This document shows, one piece after another, positions 1 to 9,115 of a stretch of 64,000 nt of DNA (within the stretch, counting starts at the first letter, position 1; every line of letters starts with the position of its first letter). The stretch is from IMG/VR virus record IMGVR_UViG_3300044511_000089, positions 277-64,276 of that record. One strand, written 5' to 3'. The DNA comes from a virus. Its lineage: Duplodnaviria; Caudoviricetes. The position numbers and the translations under genes are program-made. The notes below the pieces were generated by a model, which ran no database searches, had not been told where the DNA came from, and saw nothing but the letters and a program-made list of their open reading frames with translations.

Positions 1-13
1 GCCGGTTCCAATC

Positions 14-86
14 CTCCAGCCTTGTTCGCAGGGCTGGAGTCTGGAGCTTGCTCCACGGTGCAATCGTTCGGTGTCAACGCATTGCA
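14..86 (+). other. Three adjacent RNA hairpins (3' end of a structured RNA or leader)
   Basis: 11-bp stem 14-24/29-39 with a UUCG loop; TGGAG-CTTG-CTCCA at 42-55 (CUUG loop); TGCAAT..ATTGCA stem at 59-86. Confidence 0.5.
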
Positions 87-122
87 GCGCAAACCACAAA
101 ACACCATGTCCAAAGGAAACGT

Positions 123-524
123 ATGCGTAGAACCAACATGGGCCTCGCCATTGCGACGGCCCTATCCAACTCGCAGTTGCGCCCCCGTCAATACGATGGC
201 AACCGCCCACCACCGATGCGGAACTGGCTCGGCGAAGTCGTTGACCGCAGGGTGATTGCCGATGCCTGCGAAGGCGAACGGCAGCGGCAATGGGTCAACG
301 GTTACTGGTGTCGCAAGGGTCGCAAATGGGTCAAGGGCCACGGTTCGCTGGCCGGTTACTTCGCTGCTCAGGCGAAGCGCCGGTCTGAGGACGCCAGCAA
401 GCGTCTGGTTCGGAAGCTCAAGGCGCAGGCGGCGGTTCCTGTCCCTGCGGTCACGGTCGCCGACTTCGTGAAGCACGGCGTCAACGCCGCCTTGCTCACG
501 AAGGACGGGCATCTGCGGAAGTAG
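123..524 (+). CDS. Hypothetical basic protein
   Basis: AAAGGA SD just before ATG 123 (MRRTNMGLA...); GC3-biased codons. Confidence 0.65.
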   Translation: MRRTNMGLAIATALSNSQLRPRQYDGNRPPPMRNWLGEVVDRRVIADACEGERQRQWVNGYWCRKGRKWVKGHGSLAGYFAAQAKRRSEDASKRLVRKLKAQAAVPVPAVTVADFVKHGVNAALLTKDGHLRK

Positions 525-532
525 GCAGTATT

Positions 533-755
533 TGCAACGCACAACGGACAAGGCTTAGGCACGGTGGTTTAAGCGCGGAAATGCGAAAGCAGATTACAAG
601 CGGTAATCCGTGGTGGGTAGCGCGTGGTTGACCAGCGTTGCAGTCGGTGGCGGGGGACAGCCAACCCCGCCCTTCATTCCAGCACCGACGATGTTCGGTG
701 TTGGACTGAGGGGTTCTTATCCAGCAGACCTCTCCTTGCGGTAAACCCCGCTGGC
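533..755 (+). ncRNA. Candidate structured ncRNA or leader
   Basis: Intergenic. Stems 533-540/635-642, TGC-GAAA-GCA 582-591, 592-597/603-608, 649-655/665-671 and 678-688/695-705. Confidence 0.4.
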
Positions 756-771
756 ATAGGAGACACAGAAG

Positions 772-1215
772 ATGCAGACAAGACCCGCAATCTGGTTCAG
801 TCGGCACGACCCAACGGTTGAGCAGGTTGCCGACGTGGAGGCGAATGGCAACACGCTGGTTGCCATCGAAGATGGAAAGAGGCTTGGTGCCATCAGCATC
901 GAGACGGACGAGGACTTGCATCGTGTGATTGGCGACCTCATTGCGTTGGCCAGAACACACGAGGCATACGTCATCTACGGTGTGTTCCCGGTGCCAATGT
1001 CAGAACAGTTGCTCCGGAACGACGCCGCGAGTTACAATGATGACGACCACGACTACGACTACCTGACCTGTAAGGCGTCGTGGAACGTCATGCGCAGCGT
1101 TGAAGGTGGGAAGCCGACATTCAAACACAAGCAGTGGGTGTATGTGGGATGCCTGTCATTCCCATCATTCCTCACTGGCGATGAGGCGGATGAACTCGGA
1201 AAGGAATCCCCATGA
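772..1215 (+). CDS. Hypothetical protein
   Basis: AGGAG SD; ATGA overlap with the next gene. Confidence 0.75.
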   Translation: MQTRPAIWFSRHDPTVEQVADVEANGNTLVAIEDGKRLGAISIETDEDLHRVIGDLIALARTHEAYVIYGVFPVPMSEQLLRNDAASYNDDDHDYDYLTCKASWNVMRSVEGGKPTFKHKQWVYVGCLSFPSFLTGDEADELGKESP

Positions 1216-1490
1216 CCCGACTCGACAACGCAAAGGCCGAGCTTCTGGACGGCATCCTTGAACGGGCTTGCACGTCCGAGCTTCTCGCCTCGGACAAGCT
1301 GCTCACGGAGGACATCCGCGCGCGGTATGACGCCGCTGCGAAGGAATGGAACCGCCTGCTTGAAGTGTGCGAGACGCACGTCACCAGCGCGGACACGTTC
1401 TTCGTGTTCGCCGCCGAGTCAGCCAAGGTTCAGCCGATGCTCGCGCCGATGGCACGGTGCGCGTGGAACAAGGCATGGAGGCAGGCATGA
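1212..1490 (+). CDS. Hypothetical protein
   Basis: GAAAGGA SD; coupled by ATGA overlaps at both ends. Confidence 0.75.
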   Translation: MTRLDNAKAELLDGILERACTSELLASDKLLTEDIRARYDAAAKEWNRLLEVCETHVTSADTFFVFAAESAKVQPMLAPMARCAWNKAWRQA

Positions 1491-1750
1491 GCGCCCACAC
1501 CATAACTTTGAATCCCGGCGACGCCGCGCTCACCTTCACCGACACAGGAACAGGGACGCAGGTGGCCATCATCTGCGAGAAGGATTCGGACACAGGGCTT
1601 GCGAAACAGACCCACCAAGTCGCCGTGAGCATGTATTACGCTTGGCTCGGCAGCACCTATGCGAAACATTCGTGCTACTTCATGGAACATGTGCTGCACA
1701 AGCCGTGCGCCGAATACAGAGAAGCGCACGGGATGGCATGGGAGAACTGA
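1487..1750 (+). CDS. Hypothetical protein
   Basis: GGAGG SD; ATG 1487 overlaps the upstream stop. Confidence 0.7.
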   Translation: MSAHTITLNPGDAALTFTDTGTGTQVAIICEKDSDTGLAKQTHQVAVSMYYAWLGSTYAKHSCYFMEHVLHKPCAEYREAHGMAWEN

Positions 1751-1751
1751 T

Positions 1752-2099
1752 ATGAACAAGGTCAACGTCCACAACGGCTACGAGTTGATTGAGCTTCGGG
1801 ACGGCGACGCGGCGATGGTGTTCAGAATGGAAGGGAAATCAAAGGACGGAACGCCCATCATCGAACCCGAAATCTACGTGTCGCAGGACAAGCGGTCGGG
1901 GTGCACCCTTGCGCTGCTCACGGCCTACTTCGGGGCGCAGCTTCCAGAGGCCACGGTCAAAGCCTGCGAACTGTTCGGTGCGAACCCGAACAAAGTCAAG
2001 ACAATCACCAGCAAGGAAGAACTGGACAAGATTTCCGGTGGCGATGGCCCGTCGTCGTCGGACAACAAACCAAACCACGGGCATAGGAGAACACCATGA
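1752..2099 (+). CDS. Hypothetical protein
   Basis: GGAG SD; ATG 1 nt after the previous stop. Confidence 0.7.
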   Translation: MNKVNVHNGYELIELRDGDAAMVFRMEGKSKDGTPIIEPEIYVSQDKRSGCTLALLTAYFGAQLPEATVKACELFGANPNKVKTITSKEELDKISGGDGPSSSDNKPNHGHRRTP

Positions 2100-2410
2100 A
2101 CAACACACACACGCAGTTGCCCCCGCTCACCACGGGGCGCGTTGAGCGGAAGCTCAACAACCCAAGGAGTCGCGCCGTCATCCTCGACTGGCTGGCGCAC
2201 AACGACACCTGCTTCGCCCAAAACAGGGCGATGGCATTGGTCAAACGGCAGGAAGCCGCCCGCAGCGGAGACGAGACGATGAAGGTCGTCTTGGATTCGA
2301 CGCTGGAGGCCCAAGTCCATCACGCCATCCACCGGCACGTCCGGTCGTTGGACTGGTGGTTCAAGGGCCAGAACCCTCCGTTGAACCCGGTCATGGAGGA
2401 CAAGGTATGA
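2096..2410 (+). CDS. Hypothetical protein
   Basis: AGGAG SD; ATGA coupling. Confidence 0.7.
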   Translation: MNNTHTQLPPLTTGRVERKLNNPRSRAVILDWLAHNDTCFAQNRAMALVKRQEAARSGDETMKVVLDSTLEAQVHHAIHRHVRSLDWWFKGQNPPLNPVMEDKV

Positions 2411-2673
2411 GTCGCGAACTCTACACGACCCCGACCGTGACCATGTTCAAGGGGCAGCCCATCCTGCACCTGCCGGTGGTCAAGGATGGCAAGGTGACGG
2501 ACAACCTGAGCTTCGGCAGACCGAAGGCTCTGGCCATCCTGCGGAACATTCGGTCAATCGTCGAACTGGTGAAGGACACCCCTGCGGTTGTCCCACCCGT
2601 TTCGACAGACTCGATTCTCGACGAGGCCGATGCCGCGCTCGTCGAGTTTGACATGAAGGAGAAGAAGCAATGA
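2407..2673 (+). CDS. Hypothetical protein
   Basis: GGAGG SD; ATGA coupling. Confidence 0.7.
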   Translation: MSRELYTTPTVTMFKGQPILHLPVVKDGKVTDNLSFGRPKALAILRNIRSIVELVKDTPAVVPPVSTDSILDEADAALVEFDMKEKKQ

Positions 2674-3872
2674 GCAAAAGCATTCGCGACCTGCCGCTCG
2701 AAGTGCAGGTCGGGCAATACCGAAACGCCATTGTCAAGCATGCTGCTGACAAGGGACTCACCGAGAGGGTGGAGCAACACTTCACCCGTCTCGGCTATGG
2801 CGGCATAGATGCGTTCGTGACGAACGGCGCACCTGATGCCGAGAAGGTGGAGGAACTCAAGCGCGTGTTCCTCGCCATCTACGACGCAACGAAGGTCGGC
2901 TACCTGCTGGCAGCGGCCCCGGTCGCAGCCCCCGAGCCGGTGGCGCACACGAAGAAGCCCGACGACTCCGGCGAGCCGCTGGCCTCGTTTATTCCAGAGG
3001 TCGACCCGACCTTCGTGCTCGGGAAGGAAATGCAGAACCACTTCACGTTGGCGTGGAACGATTCGGTCAGGCGGCATCAATGCCTGTTGTTCGTCGGCCC
3101 CCGTGGATGCGGAAAGACCGAGGCTGCCAAGCAACTGGCGGCCCACGTCAAGGCTCCGTGCTTCACGAAGGACATGGGCATCGTGGAGCGACCGTCCGAA
3201 ATGTTCGGGGAGAAGGGTTACTCGCCAGAGAAGGGCACCTATTACACGACGGCGCAGTTCATCCGGTGCATCGAGGCCGGTGGCCACGTCATCGTGCTGG
3301 ATGAGGTCAGCCGTTGCCGGTCGCACATCGGCAACTCGCTGTTCCCGATTCTGGACGGGCGCGGGTCGGTGTTCCTCGAACCGTTGAACCGATGGGTGAC
3401 CGTAGGAAAGCAGACCGTGTTCATCGGCACCATCAACATCGGGGCCGAATACACGGGCACGTTCGCAATGGACGCAGCGTTGCGGGACAGGTTCAAGGAC
3501 GGCGTCGTCCTGTGTGAATACCTGAACCCGAAGGACGAAAGCCGGGTGCTCGTTGAACGCGCGGCGCAGTTCGGTCACACGTTGAAGAAGGAGGACGCGG
3601 AGTCGCTCGTGGACTTGGCCAATACGGTTCGTGCGAAGGCCGTTGGTGACGCGGCTGAATACACGCAGTCCATCAGCACCCGCCAACTGGAGGCTGCGGC
3701 CGTCAAGTTCGCCGTCGCAGGGCCGGAAAGCCTGCGGTTCACGCTCGGCAACGCCTTCCCGTGCGACGGCGCAAACCGTGAAGAAACCGAGTTCGGCAAG
3801 GTCATGGCCCTGATTCAGGGCAAGTTCCCGTCAGTCGCCGCGACGGTGACGAAGAAGAAGCGGCTCGCGTAA
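2670..3872 (+). CDS. MoxR/CbbQ/CobS-type AAA+ ATPase
   Basis: Walker A GPRGCGKT, Walker B IVLDE, sensor GTIN, MDAALRDRF Arg finger and ISTRQL sensor 2; vWA gene downstream. Confidence 0.9.
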   Translation: MSKSIRDLPLEVQVGQYRNAIVKHAADKGLTERVEQHFTRLGYGGIDAFVTNGAPDAEKVEELKRVFLAIYDATKVGYLLAAAPVAAPEPVAHTKKPDDSGEPLASFIPEVDPTFVLGKEMQNHFTLAWNDSVRRHQCLLFVGPRGCGKTEAAKQLAAHVKAPCFTKDMGIVERPSEMFGEKGYSPEKGTYYTTAQFIRCIEAGGHVIVLDEVSRCRSHIGNSLFPILDGRGSVFLEPLNRWVTVGKQTVFIGTINIGAEYTGTFAMDAALRDRFKDGVVLCEYLNPKDESRVLVERAAQFGHTLKKEDAESLVDLANTVRAKAVGDAAEYTQSISTRQLEAAAVKFAVAGPESLRFTLGNAFPCDGANREETEFGKVMALIQGKFPSVAATVTKKKRLA

Positions 3873-3908
3873 GCAGCAGAACACACACACAAAAGAGAAA
3901 GGACACGT

Positions 3909-5090
3909 ATGCCTTGGTGGGACAAGCAGGAGAAATGGGACAAGTTGGGCAGGGAGGAATCCCTGTCCGACCATTGGAACAACTGGATGGGTTACGGTGG
4001 GACGCTCACCTACTACTCAACGTTCAGGGCGGGTGACGACAAAAGCTCCGCCGAGAGTCTGGAGAGGGAGAGTCTGGAGAGGAAGAACCTTCTCTACAAC
4101 CTCATCAAGAGGCTGGCGGTCAAGGCCAACCTCATCATCAATGACGAGGAAATCGACAGGCGGCTATACCTTAAGCTGCTACATGATGGCAGTCCATACA
4201 GCGAGCGCGTGTCCAACCCGCGCTCTGACCACATCCCAATCAATCCCGACCCTTACATGGATGCAAAGGAGAATGAGCGCGGGTTTGTTCTCGACGCCAT
4301 GTCGGGTCAGGTGATGACCGAAGTGATGGCCAGAGCCACAATATGCAAGTCGGAATGGCAAAAAGCGTATGGCGCTGGCATCGCGAATGCCTCGCAGTTC
4401 GGCCTGACCATCGATGAAGGGAAGCTCGCGTTCGACCTGTTCACGATTGTCGAGGCTGCGGTCGCTCGGGACAGGCTGGTCAAGGAATGGCCGGGCTTCG
4501 TGCCGTTCCTGCAAAGACACGCCGAACTGGTCGGGCCGAAGGACGAGTTGCAGGCGTGGATAGACACCCTGCCCAAAGACAAGAAGTTCCTGAACGCCGC
4601 CATCCACGCCATCGGGTTCAACCTGACGTCGCTCGACGGCGAGACAGCCACCCTGCCGCCGTCCTACGGTGCAGGGGTCGAGGAAGCGTCCGAAATTCTC
4701 ACAGCCTCGACCAAGACGAAGCGGTTCAGTGCCGTGGTCAATGCCATCCTAGCCATGAAGAAGCACGGGTTCGTGCTGGAGGATGAAAAGGAGGGCGAAC
4801 CGCAGGGCGATGGAAAGCAACCCGGCAACGGAGGCGAAGAAGGAGAGCCACCGCCGGACGGTGAGAAGGAGAAGGAGAAGGAGAAACCGAAGCCGCCGGG
4901 CGGTGTCCGTGTCTGCAACGTCGATGAATCCAAAACCACGGAGACAATAACGGAAGTCAAGCTTGGGAATATGGATGAAGGCGACTTCGGCAAGTCGGAG
5001 TTCGAGAAGATGAAGATTCCTGACATCGAAACAACGGTGGACTACGGCAAGAGCGTCGCTGTCCTTAGAGCGAAGAAAGCTGGCAAATGA
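3909..5090 (+). CDS. CobT-N-like partner of the AAA+/vWA module, with an acidic low-complexity linker
   Basis: Lies between the AAA+ and vWA genes. The 'LFTIVEAAVARDRLVKEWPG' segment and the E/G/P-rich linker resemble the N-terminal half of phage CobT-like proteins. Confidence 0.55.
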   Translation: MPWWDKQEKWDKLGREESLSDHWNNWMGYGGTLTYYSTFRAGDDKSSAESLERESLERKNLLYNLIKRLAVKANLIINDEEIDRRLYLKLLHDGSPYSERVSNPRSDHIPINPDPYMDAKENERGFVLDAMSGQVMTEVMARATICKSEWQKAYGAGIANASQFGLTIDEGKLAFDLFTIVEAAVARDRLVKEWPGFVPFLQRHAELVGPKDELQAWIDTLPKDKKFLNAAIHAIGFNLTSLDGETATLPPSYGAGVEEASEILTASTKTKRFSAVVNAILAMKKHGFVLEDEKEGEPQGDGKQPGNGGEEGEPPPDGEKEKEKEKPKPPGGVRVCNVDESKTTETITEVKLGNMDEGDFGKSEFEKMKIPDIETTVDYGKSVAVLRAKKAGK

Positions 5091-5938
5091 GCGCCTACAA
5101 GCAAACCGTTCTACGGCTGAAGCCGGTCATCAACAGGATACAGGGGTTCCTGCGGTTCCGGGCCACGGTGTCCGAGGATTACATCAGGGAGCTTGAAGCA
5201 GGCGAACTCGACGATGACGCGCTGTGCGAAGTCGCCGTTGAAAAGAAACCGCGCATCTGGCGAAGGATGGAAGCGGAAACCATCAGGCCAATGGCCATCT
5301 GCCTGCTCGTGGACATGAGCGGGTCGATGAGCGGTGGAGTTAAGGTTGGAAACGTTTGCAGCAGCCGCATTGAGCAAGCGCGCGATGTCTGCATCGCCCT
5401 TTACGAGGCGCTCAAGACCGTCAAGGGCATCGACCTGATGGTCATTGGCCATACCGCAGACGCCGACGCCGAGCATGTGGGAACGATTGGATACAAACTC
5501 GTCAAGGTCGGCGGTAGCACCGATGATGGTCTGTCCATGATTGAGTTCATCGTGCCGGAGCAGAACGACCCGCAATCGCTCATGTGTATTCTGCCTATTG
5601 GAAACAACGCCGACTCATTCGCAATGGCGTATTGCATCAAGCGCCTGTCGTCCGCCCACCCGTCAGCACCCGAACGCCTGCTGTTCGTCATCAGCGACGG
5701 GCAGCCGTCATGTCGCGGGTTGTCAGGAACACCCGCCATGCGCCACATGAGGATGGTGTCGGAGTGGGGGCGGCTGAAGCACGGCGTCAAGAGCTACGGT
5801 ATCGGCGTCGCCTCGGCCTACTCGGACGAGGATGGGGACATGATGTATGGACACGGTAACTACACGGTGATTGCCGACGTGATGAATGCGGCCCCCATCA
5901 TCGGCAGGTTCGTCAGGAAGGTCGCATTGAAAGGATGA
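5087..5938 (+). CDS. von Willebrand factor A (MIDAS) domain protein, CobT-C-like
   Basis: GELD motif, LLVDMSGSM (DxSxS), FVISDGQP and YGIGV. Confidence 0.88.
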   Translation: MSAYKQTVLRLKPVINRIQGFLRFRATVSEDYIRELEAGELDDDALCEVAVEKKPRIWRRMEAETIRPMAICLLVDMSGSMSGGVKVGNVCSSRIEQARDVCIALYEALKTVKGIDLMVIGHTADADAEHVGTIGYKLVKVGGSTDDGLSMIEFIVPEQNDPQSLMCILPIGNNADSFAMAYCIKRLSSAHPSAPERLLFVISDGQPSCRGLSGTPAMRHMRMVSEWGRLKHGVKSYGIGVASAYSDEDGDMMYGHGNYTVIADVMNAAPIIGRFVRKVALKG

Positions 5939-6387
5939 CACGAATGAAACCATTCGTTGCATTGGACATCAACGGATACATCGAGACGTTGTGGTGCATC
6001 GACGCCAAGAGCGGGAACGATGGCGTCGCAATGCTGTTCAAGGAATCGAAGGATGGCCCTTGGAAGTTCATGTTCAGGCTCAGGCTGAGGAAGGACGACG
6101 ACATGAACCCGCTCACCAGCGGTGATGAGAAGATTGGAAACACCTACACGTTCGCCAAGGATTACGGGCCGGGCCTGCCGGGGTTGGTGCACAACGCCAT
6201 GCTGGAACTGCGCAATTCGTTCTTCAACAAGGATGATGCGCTGCATGTCGTCTTGGTGCAGGGCAACCCTGAGAAGCTGGCCAAGGTCATGGAAAAGGGC
6301 GGCCTGCCGTTCATACAGGCACTCAGGATGGACAAGGGCAAGGCGTCGCCGATTGACCCGAAAGACCTGCCGGGACTCATGCGATGA
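5935..6387 (+). CDS. Hypothetical protein
   Basis: Coupled ORF with GC3 bias. Confidence 0.7.
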   Translation: MTRMKPFVALDINGYIETLWCIDAKSGNDGVAMLFKESKDGPWKFMFRLRLRKDDDMNPLTSGDEKIGNTYTFAKDYGPGLPGLVHNAMLELRNSFFNKDDALHVVLVQGNPEKLAKVMEKGGLPFIQALRMDKGKASPIDPKDLPGLMR

Positions 6388-6668
6388 CCACAACCCGCGC
6401 ACATTATGAGAAGTATCGGCGGATGCAGGACTATCTGCCCGTCGAGTTGCAGGAGCTTCTCTGCCCGATACAGGCGTTGAGACGCCTGTTCATGGCAGAC
6501 CCGCTCCTGAACAACATCCCGCTGGCACGGTTCGACGCGCTGTATCCTGCCGTGCGTCATGCGTTGCAGGAGGCGGGCGTCAGGGTGACGATGGCGGAAT
6601 CAGTGTGCGCGTTGAAGCACATGCTGGTCTACCGCTGTCTTGGAGAGAAACCACGGTTCATCGAATGA
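6384..6668 (+). CDS. Hypothetical protein
   Basis: ATGA coupling. Confidence 0.65.
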   Translation: MTTTRAHYEKYRRMQDYLPVELQELLCPIQALRRLFMADPLLNNIPLARFDALYPAVRHALQEAGVRVTMAESVCALKHMLVYRCLGEKPRFIE

Positions 6669-6680
6669 AAGGACAAACCC

Positions 6681-7052
6681 ATGAATAACGACGACAAAGA
6701 CATGCTGCGACGCAACTACGAGCGATTCGCGAAAGAATGCGCCAAGCAGGTGGCCGGTGCTGTGATGGATTTAGCGGTGTCCAAGGAGGCCAAGGAATCG
6801 CGCAACCCGCGAGAGATTGCCGAACTCATGGTCAAGGCCGCGCACGACGCCTTCTTGAAGGCCGTGCACGACCAGATTGGGACGATTCCAGAAAAGGAGA
6901 AGGACAGGCTCCTTGAACTCGTCTTAATTCAGGAAGTTGGCCCGTCCATCCGGCAGTCAACACGCAGGCTGGTGGCTCAAATCCTGTTCGATGGCAAGGT
7001 GTCAATGTGCTTCGAGGATGCAGGGCTGGTCATCATTCCTGATGCGCCATGA
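6681..7052 (+). CDS. Hypothetical protein
   Basis: GAAAGGAC SD at 6667. Confidence 0.75.
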   Translation: MNNDDKDMLRRNYERFAKECAKQVAGAVMDLAVSKEAKESRNPREIAELMVKAAHDAFLKAVHDQIGTIPEKEKDRLLELVLIQEVGPSIRQSTRRLVAQILFDGKVSMCFEDAGLVIIPDAP

Positions 7053-7504
7053 GAAACAAGGACATGCTCAGGGTCGGCGACGTGGTGCTGCTCACGCAAG
7101 GCGGCGAGTGCGTCGTCGAAATGGTCAACGATTGCAGGGCAAGGGTAAGACCGCTTGCCAAGAGAACTCGGGAGGTCAGGGACATGGATGGAAACGTCAC
7201 GGCCAAGTTTGAAGTGAACGTCGGCTCGTTCAATATCTCCCCCCATTCGGACGTGGAAATCATCAGGAGAGACACGCTGCCCGTCGAGTTCGCCGTCGTC
7301 GGGACGGAGGACGGCCCTGTGCTGGTGGACAGGACGGGCAGGTCGTGGCTGATGAAGAAACACGCGCTGCTTGTGGACCGCACGGTCGTCAAGGTTCCGG
7401 TCAAGGACTACGAACCTGACTTCAAGGCGGCTGGCCTGTCGCCTGTGAAACAGGAGGACACCTGCCCTCAGGCGTTGCTCAGGAAGATTTGGGACGCGAA
7501 GTGA
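7049..7504 (+). CDS. Hypothetical protein
   Basis: ATGA coupling; GC3 bias. Confidence 0.7.
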   Translation: MRNKDMLRVGDVVLLTQGGECVVEMVNDCRARVRPLAKRTREVRDMDGNVTAKFEVNVGSFNISPHSDVEIIRRDTLPVEFAVVGTEDGPVLVDRTGRSWLMKKHALLVDRTVVKVPVKDYEPDFKAAGLSPVKQEDTCPQALLRKIWDAK

Positions 7505-7529
7505 ACAACCAACGAAAGGACAGAACAAC

Positions 7530-7829
7530 ATGAAGAACGGACGATACGTGCTGGACAGTGAATGGAAACCCGTGCTCGAACCCGACCTGTTCAAGTGGGC
7601 GGAATGGTTTGAGACGACAGACCGGATGGTCAAGGTGGAGAAGGTCGGAGACTGCGAAGTGTCCACCGTGTTCCTCGGACTAGACCATGCCTTTGGTGAC
7701 GGCCCCGCCGTGCTGCGGGAAACGATGGTGTTCGGTGGGGCGCTCGACCAAGAGCAGGAGCGTTGCTCGGGCCTGCGCGCAGACGCAGAGGCCATGCACA
7801 AGCGGATGGTGGAACGGGTCACAAGGTAG
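7530..7829 (+). CDS. Conserved phage hypothetical protein
   Basis: SD at 7514. The VSTVFLGLDH...ETMVFGG motif recurs in small phage proteins. Confidence 0.8.
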   Translation: MKNGRYVLDSEWKPVLEPDLFKWAEWFETTDRMVKVEKVGDCEVSTVFLGLDHAFGDGPAVLRETMVFGGALDQEQERCSGLRADAEAMHKRMVERVTR

Positions 7830-7839
7830 GGGTGAACCA

Positions 7840-8082
7840 ATGAACCACGCCAGATGGGAAATCGTGGAGGACACCGCCGATTGCCTTTGCATCCGAGACA
7901 TTGGCCCGTGGAACGTGTATCTCACCGTGACCAACGACGCCGAGTGGGTGGTCGAGAGGCTGGCAGCAAGGCTCGCGGGAAGGCGGCTCGAATACTACGA
8001 CAGCCAAGGGAATCGTGACAGGCTGCTCGTGGAGAACGGAAGGTTCGCCGGATACGCTCCGGTGAGGAAAGGACACGCATGA
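7840..8082 (+). CDS. Hypothetical protein
   Basis: AGGGG SD; ATG 7840 (MNHARWEIVED...). Confidence 0.7.
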   Translation: MNHARWEIVEDTADCLCIRDIGPWNVYLTVTNDAEWVVERLAARLAGRRLEYYDSQGNRDRLLVENGRFAGYAPVRKGHA

Positions 8083-8348
8083 CAGCAGACAAGGACAGGA
8101 CAGAATTGTTGGACGCATTGGAGGAAATGGCAAGGCAGCATTGCCACACCGGAACCGCTGCGAAGGACCATAACGGACAAGTGGCGGGAACACTGGTGAC
8201 AGATAGCGGTGCGATTTCGACCAACGCCGACGCCCTGCGCACCCTTGCGAAGCACGGTCGGTTCCGCATCGTGGCGCAAATGTATCGTATGGTCGTCGGC
8301 TACTGGCCGGAGAACGACCCTGAGAAGAAGCCTGCGAAAACGAAGTAA
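8079..8348 (+). CDS. Hypothetical protein
   Basis: GAAAGGAC SD at 8067. Confidence 0.7.
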   Translation: MTADKDRTELLDALEEMARQHCHTGTAAKDHNGQVAGTLVTDSGAISTNADALRTLAKHGRFRIVAQMYRMVVGYWPENDPEKKPAKTK

Positions 8349-8368
8349 CAAAGAAAGGACAACCCATC

Positions 8369-9115
8369 ATGGGTATCTACATCGAGAGAACAGCAAAAGA
8401 GGAAATGCTTCCCCTGTTCGGGAAGCTCAACAAACTGATTGGGGCCGGGGATGCCGTCGCATTGGACAAACCTCCAGCCTCGTTCGACGACGTGCCGCTT
8501 GGAAAGACGGTGGTGGTCGAGGTCGACAACCAGCACTTCAGCGCGCTTGGCGTCGCCCACGACGAGAATGAGTTCAAGCGCATGGTCATCAGGCCGGACC
8601 ATCGCCCGAGGAAGTTCGGCCTTGTCGAACTGACCGAGGCGAACGCGCTGGCCATGTGCGCCTGCAACTACGCTGACAAGGAGCAGTTCTTGGACGTGCT
8701 GCTCGGGCGCAAGAAGATGGAACGCAGGAAACAGGAGGAAACCACGCCAGACCTCAATGCTCCCAAGGACTTGAACCTGCTTCTACGGGCATCGTTCGGT
8801 GTGTTCTACCACCAGATGATGGCGTCGATGAAAGACGAGAAGTCCGAGAATCCCGAGCTTCCATTGTGCATGTTCAAGCTGGCCGCTATCGCGTTCGCAG
8901 CGGGGGCGATGGCGGTCAAGACGGCGCACGACCAGATTGGGTGCGACGGTGTCGAAACCCTTAGCAAAGGGTTCTCGGACATGAAGGACAACATCTACGA
9001 CTCGGACGTGACCGACAAGTGCGAGTGCGGCGGGCATCGGCTCGGCAGCATTGACATGAAGGATTACAGCGTCAGCTACGAGTGCGAGTCCTGCGGGAAG
9101 AAAGGTTCCCTATGA
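8369..9115 (+). CDS. Hypothetical protein with a C-terminal Zn-ribbon
   Basis: SD at 8353; CECG...CESC at the C-terminus. Confidence 0.75.
   Translation: MGIYIERTAKEEMLPLFGKLNKLIGAGDAVALDKPPASFDDVPLGKTVVVEVDNQHFSALGVAHDENEFKRMVIRPDHRPRKFGLVELTEANALAMCACNYADKEQFLDVLLGRKKMERRKQEETTPDLNAPKDLNLLLRASFGVFYHQMMASMKDEKSENPELPLCMFKLAAIAFAAGAMAVKTAHDQIGCDGVETLSKGFSDMKDNIYDSDVTDKCECGGHRLGSIDMKDYSVSYECESCGKKGSL

Noticed and set aside
1-20. tRNA T-arm-like GGTTCCAATCC
   Set aside because: The flanks do not form a 5-bp T-stem or an acceptor stem/CCA; the sequence is truncated by the window edge.
4053-4082. 15-bp tandem duplication (ESLER x2); also PPAGAPAG repeats near 35720-35790
   Set aside because: In-frame slippage in low-complexity linkers; no sign of a regulatory or mobile role.
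6866-8941. 16-bp repeat GCACGACCAGATTGGG in two early genes
   Set aside because: A single match of this length is about what chance gives in 64 kb of GC-rich DNA, and there is no flanking similarity.
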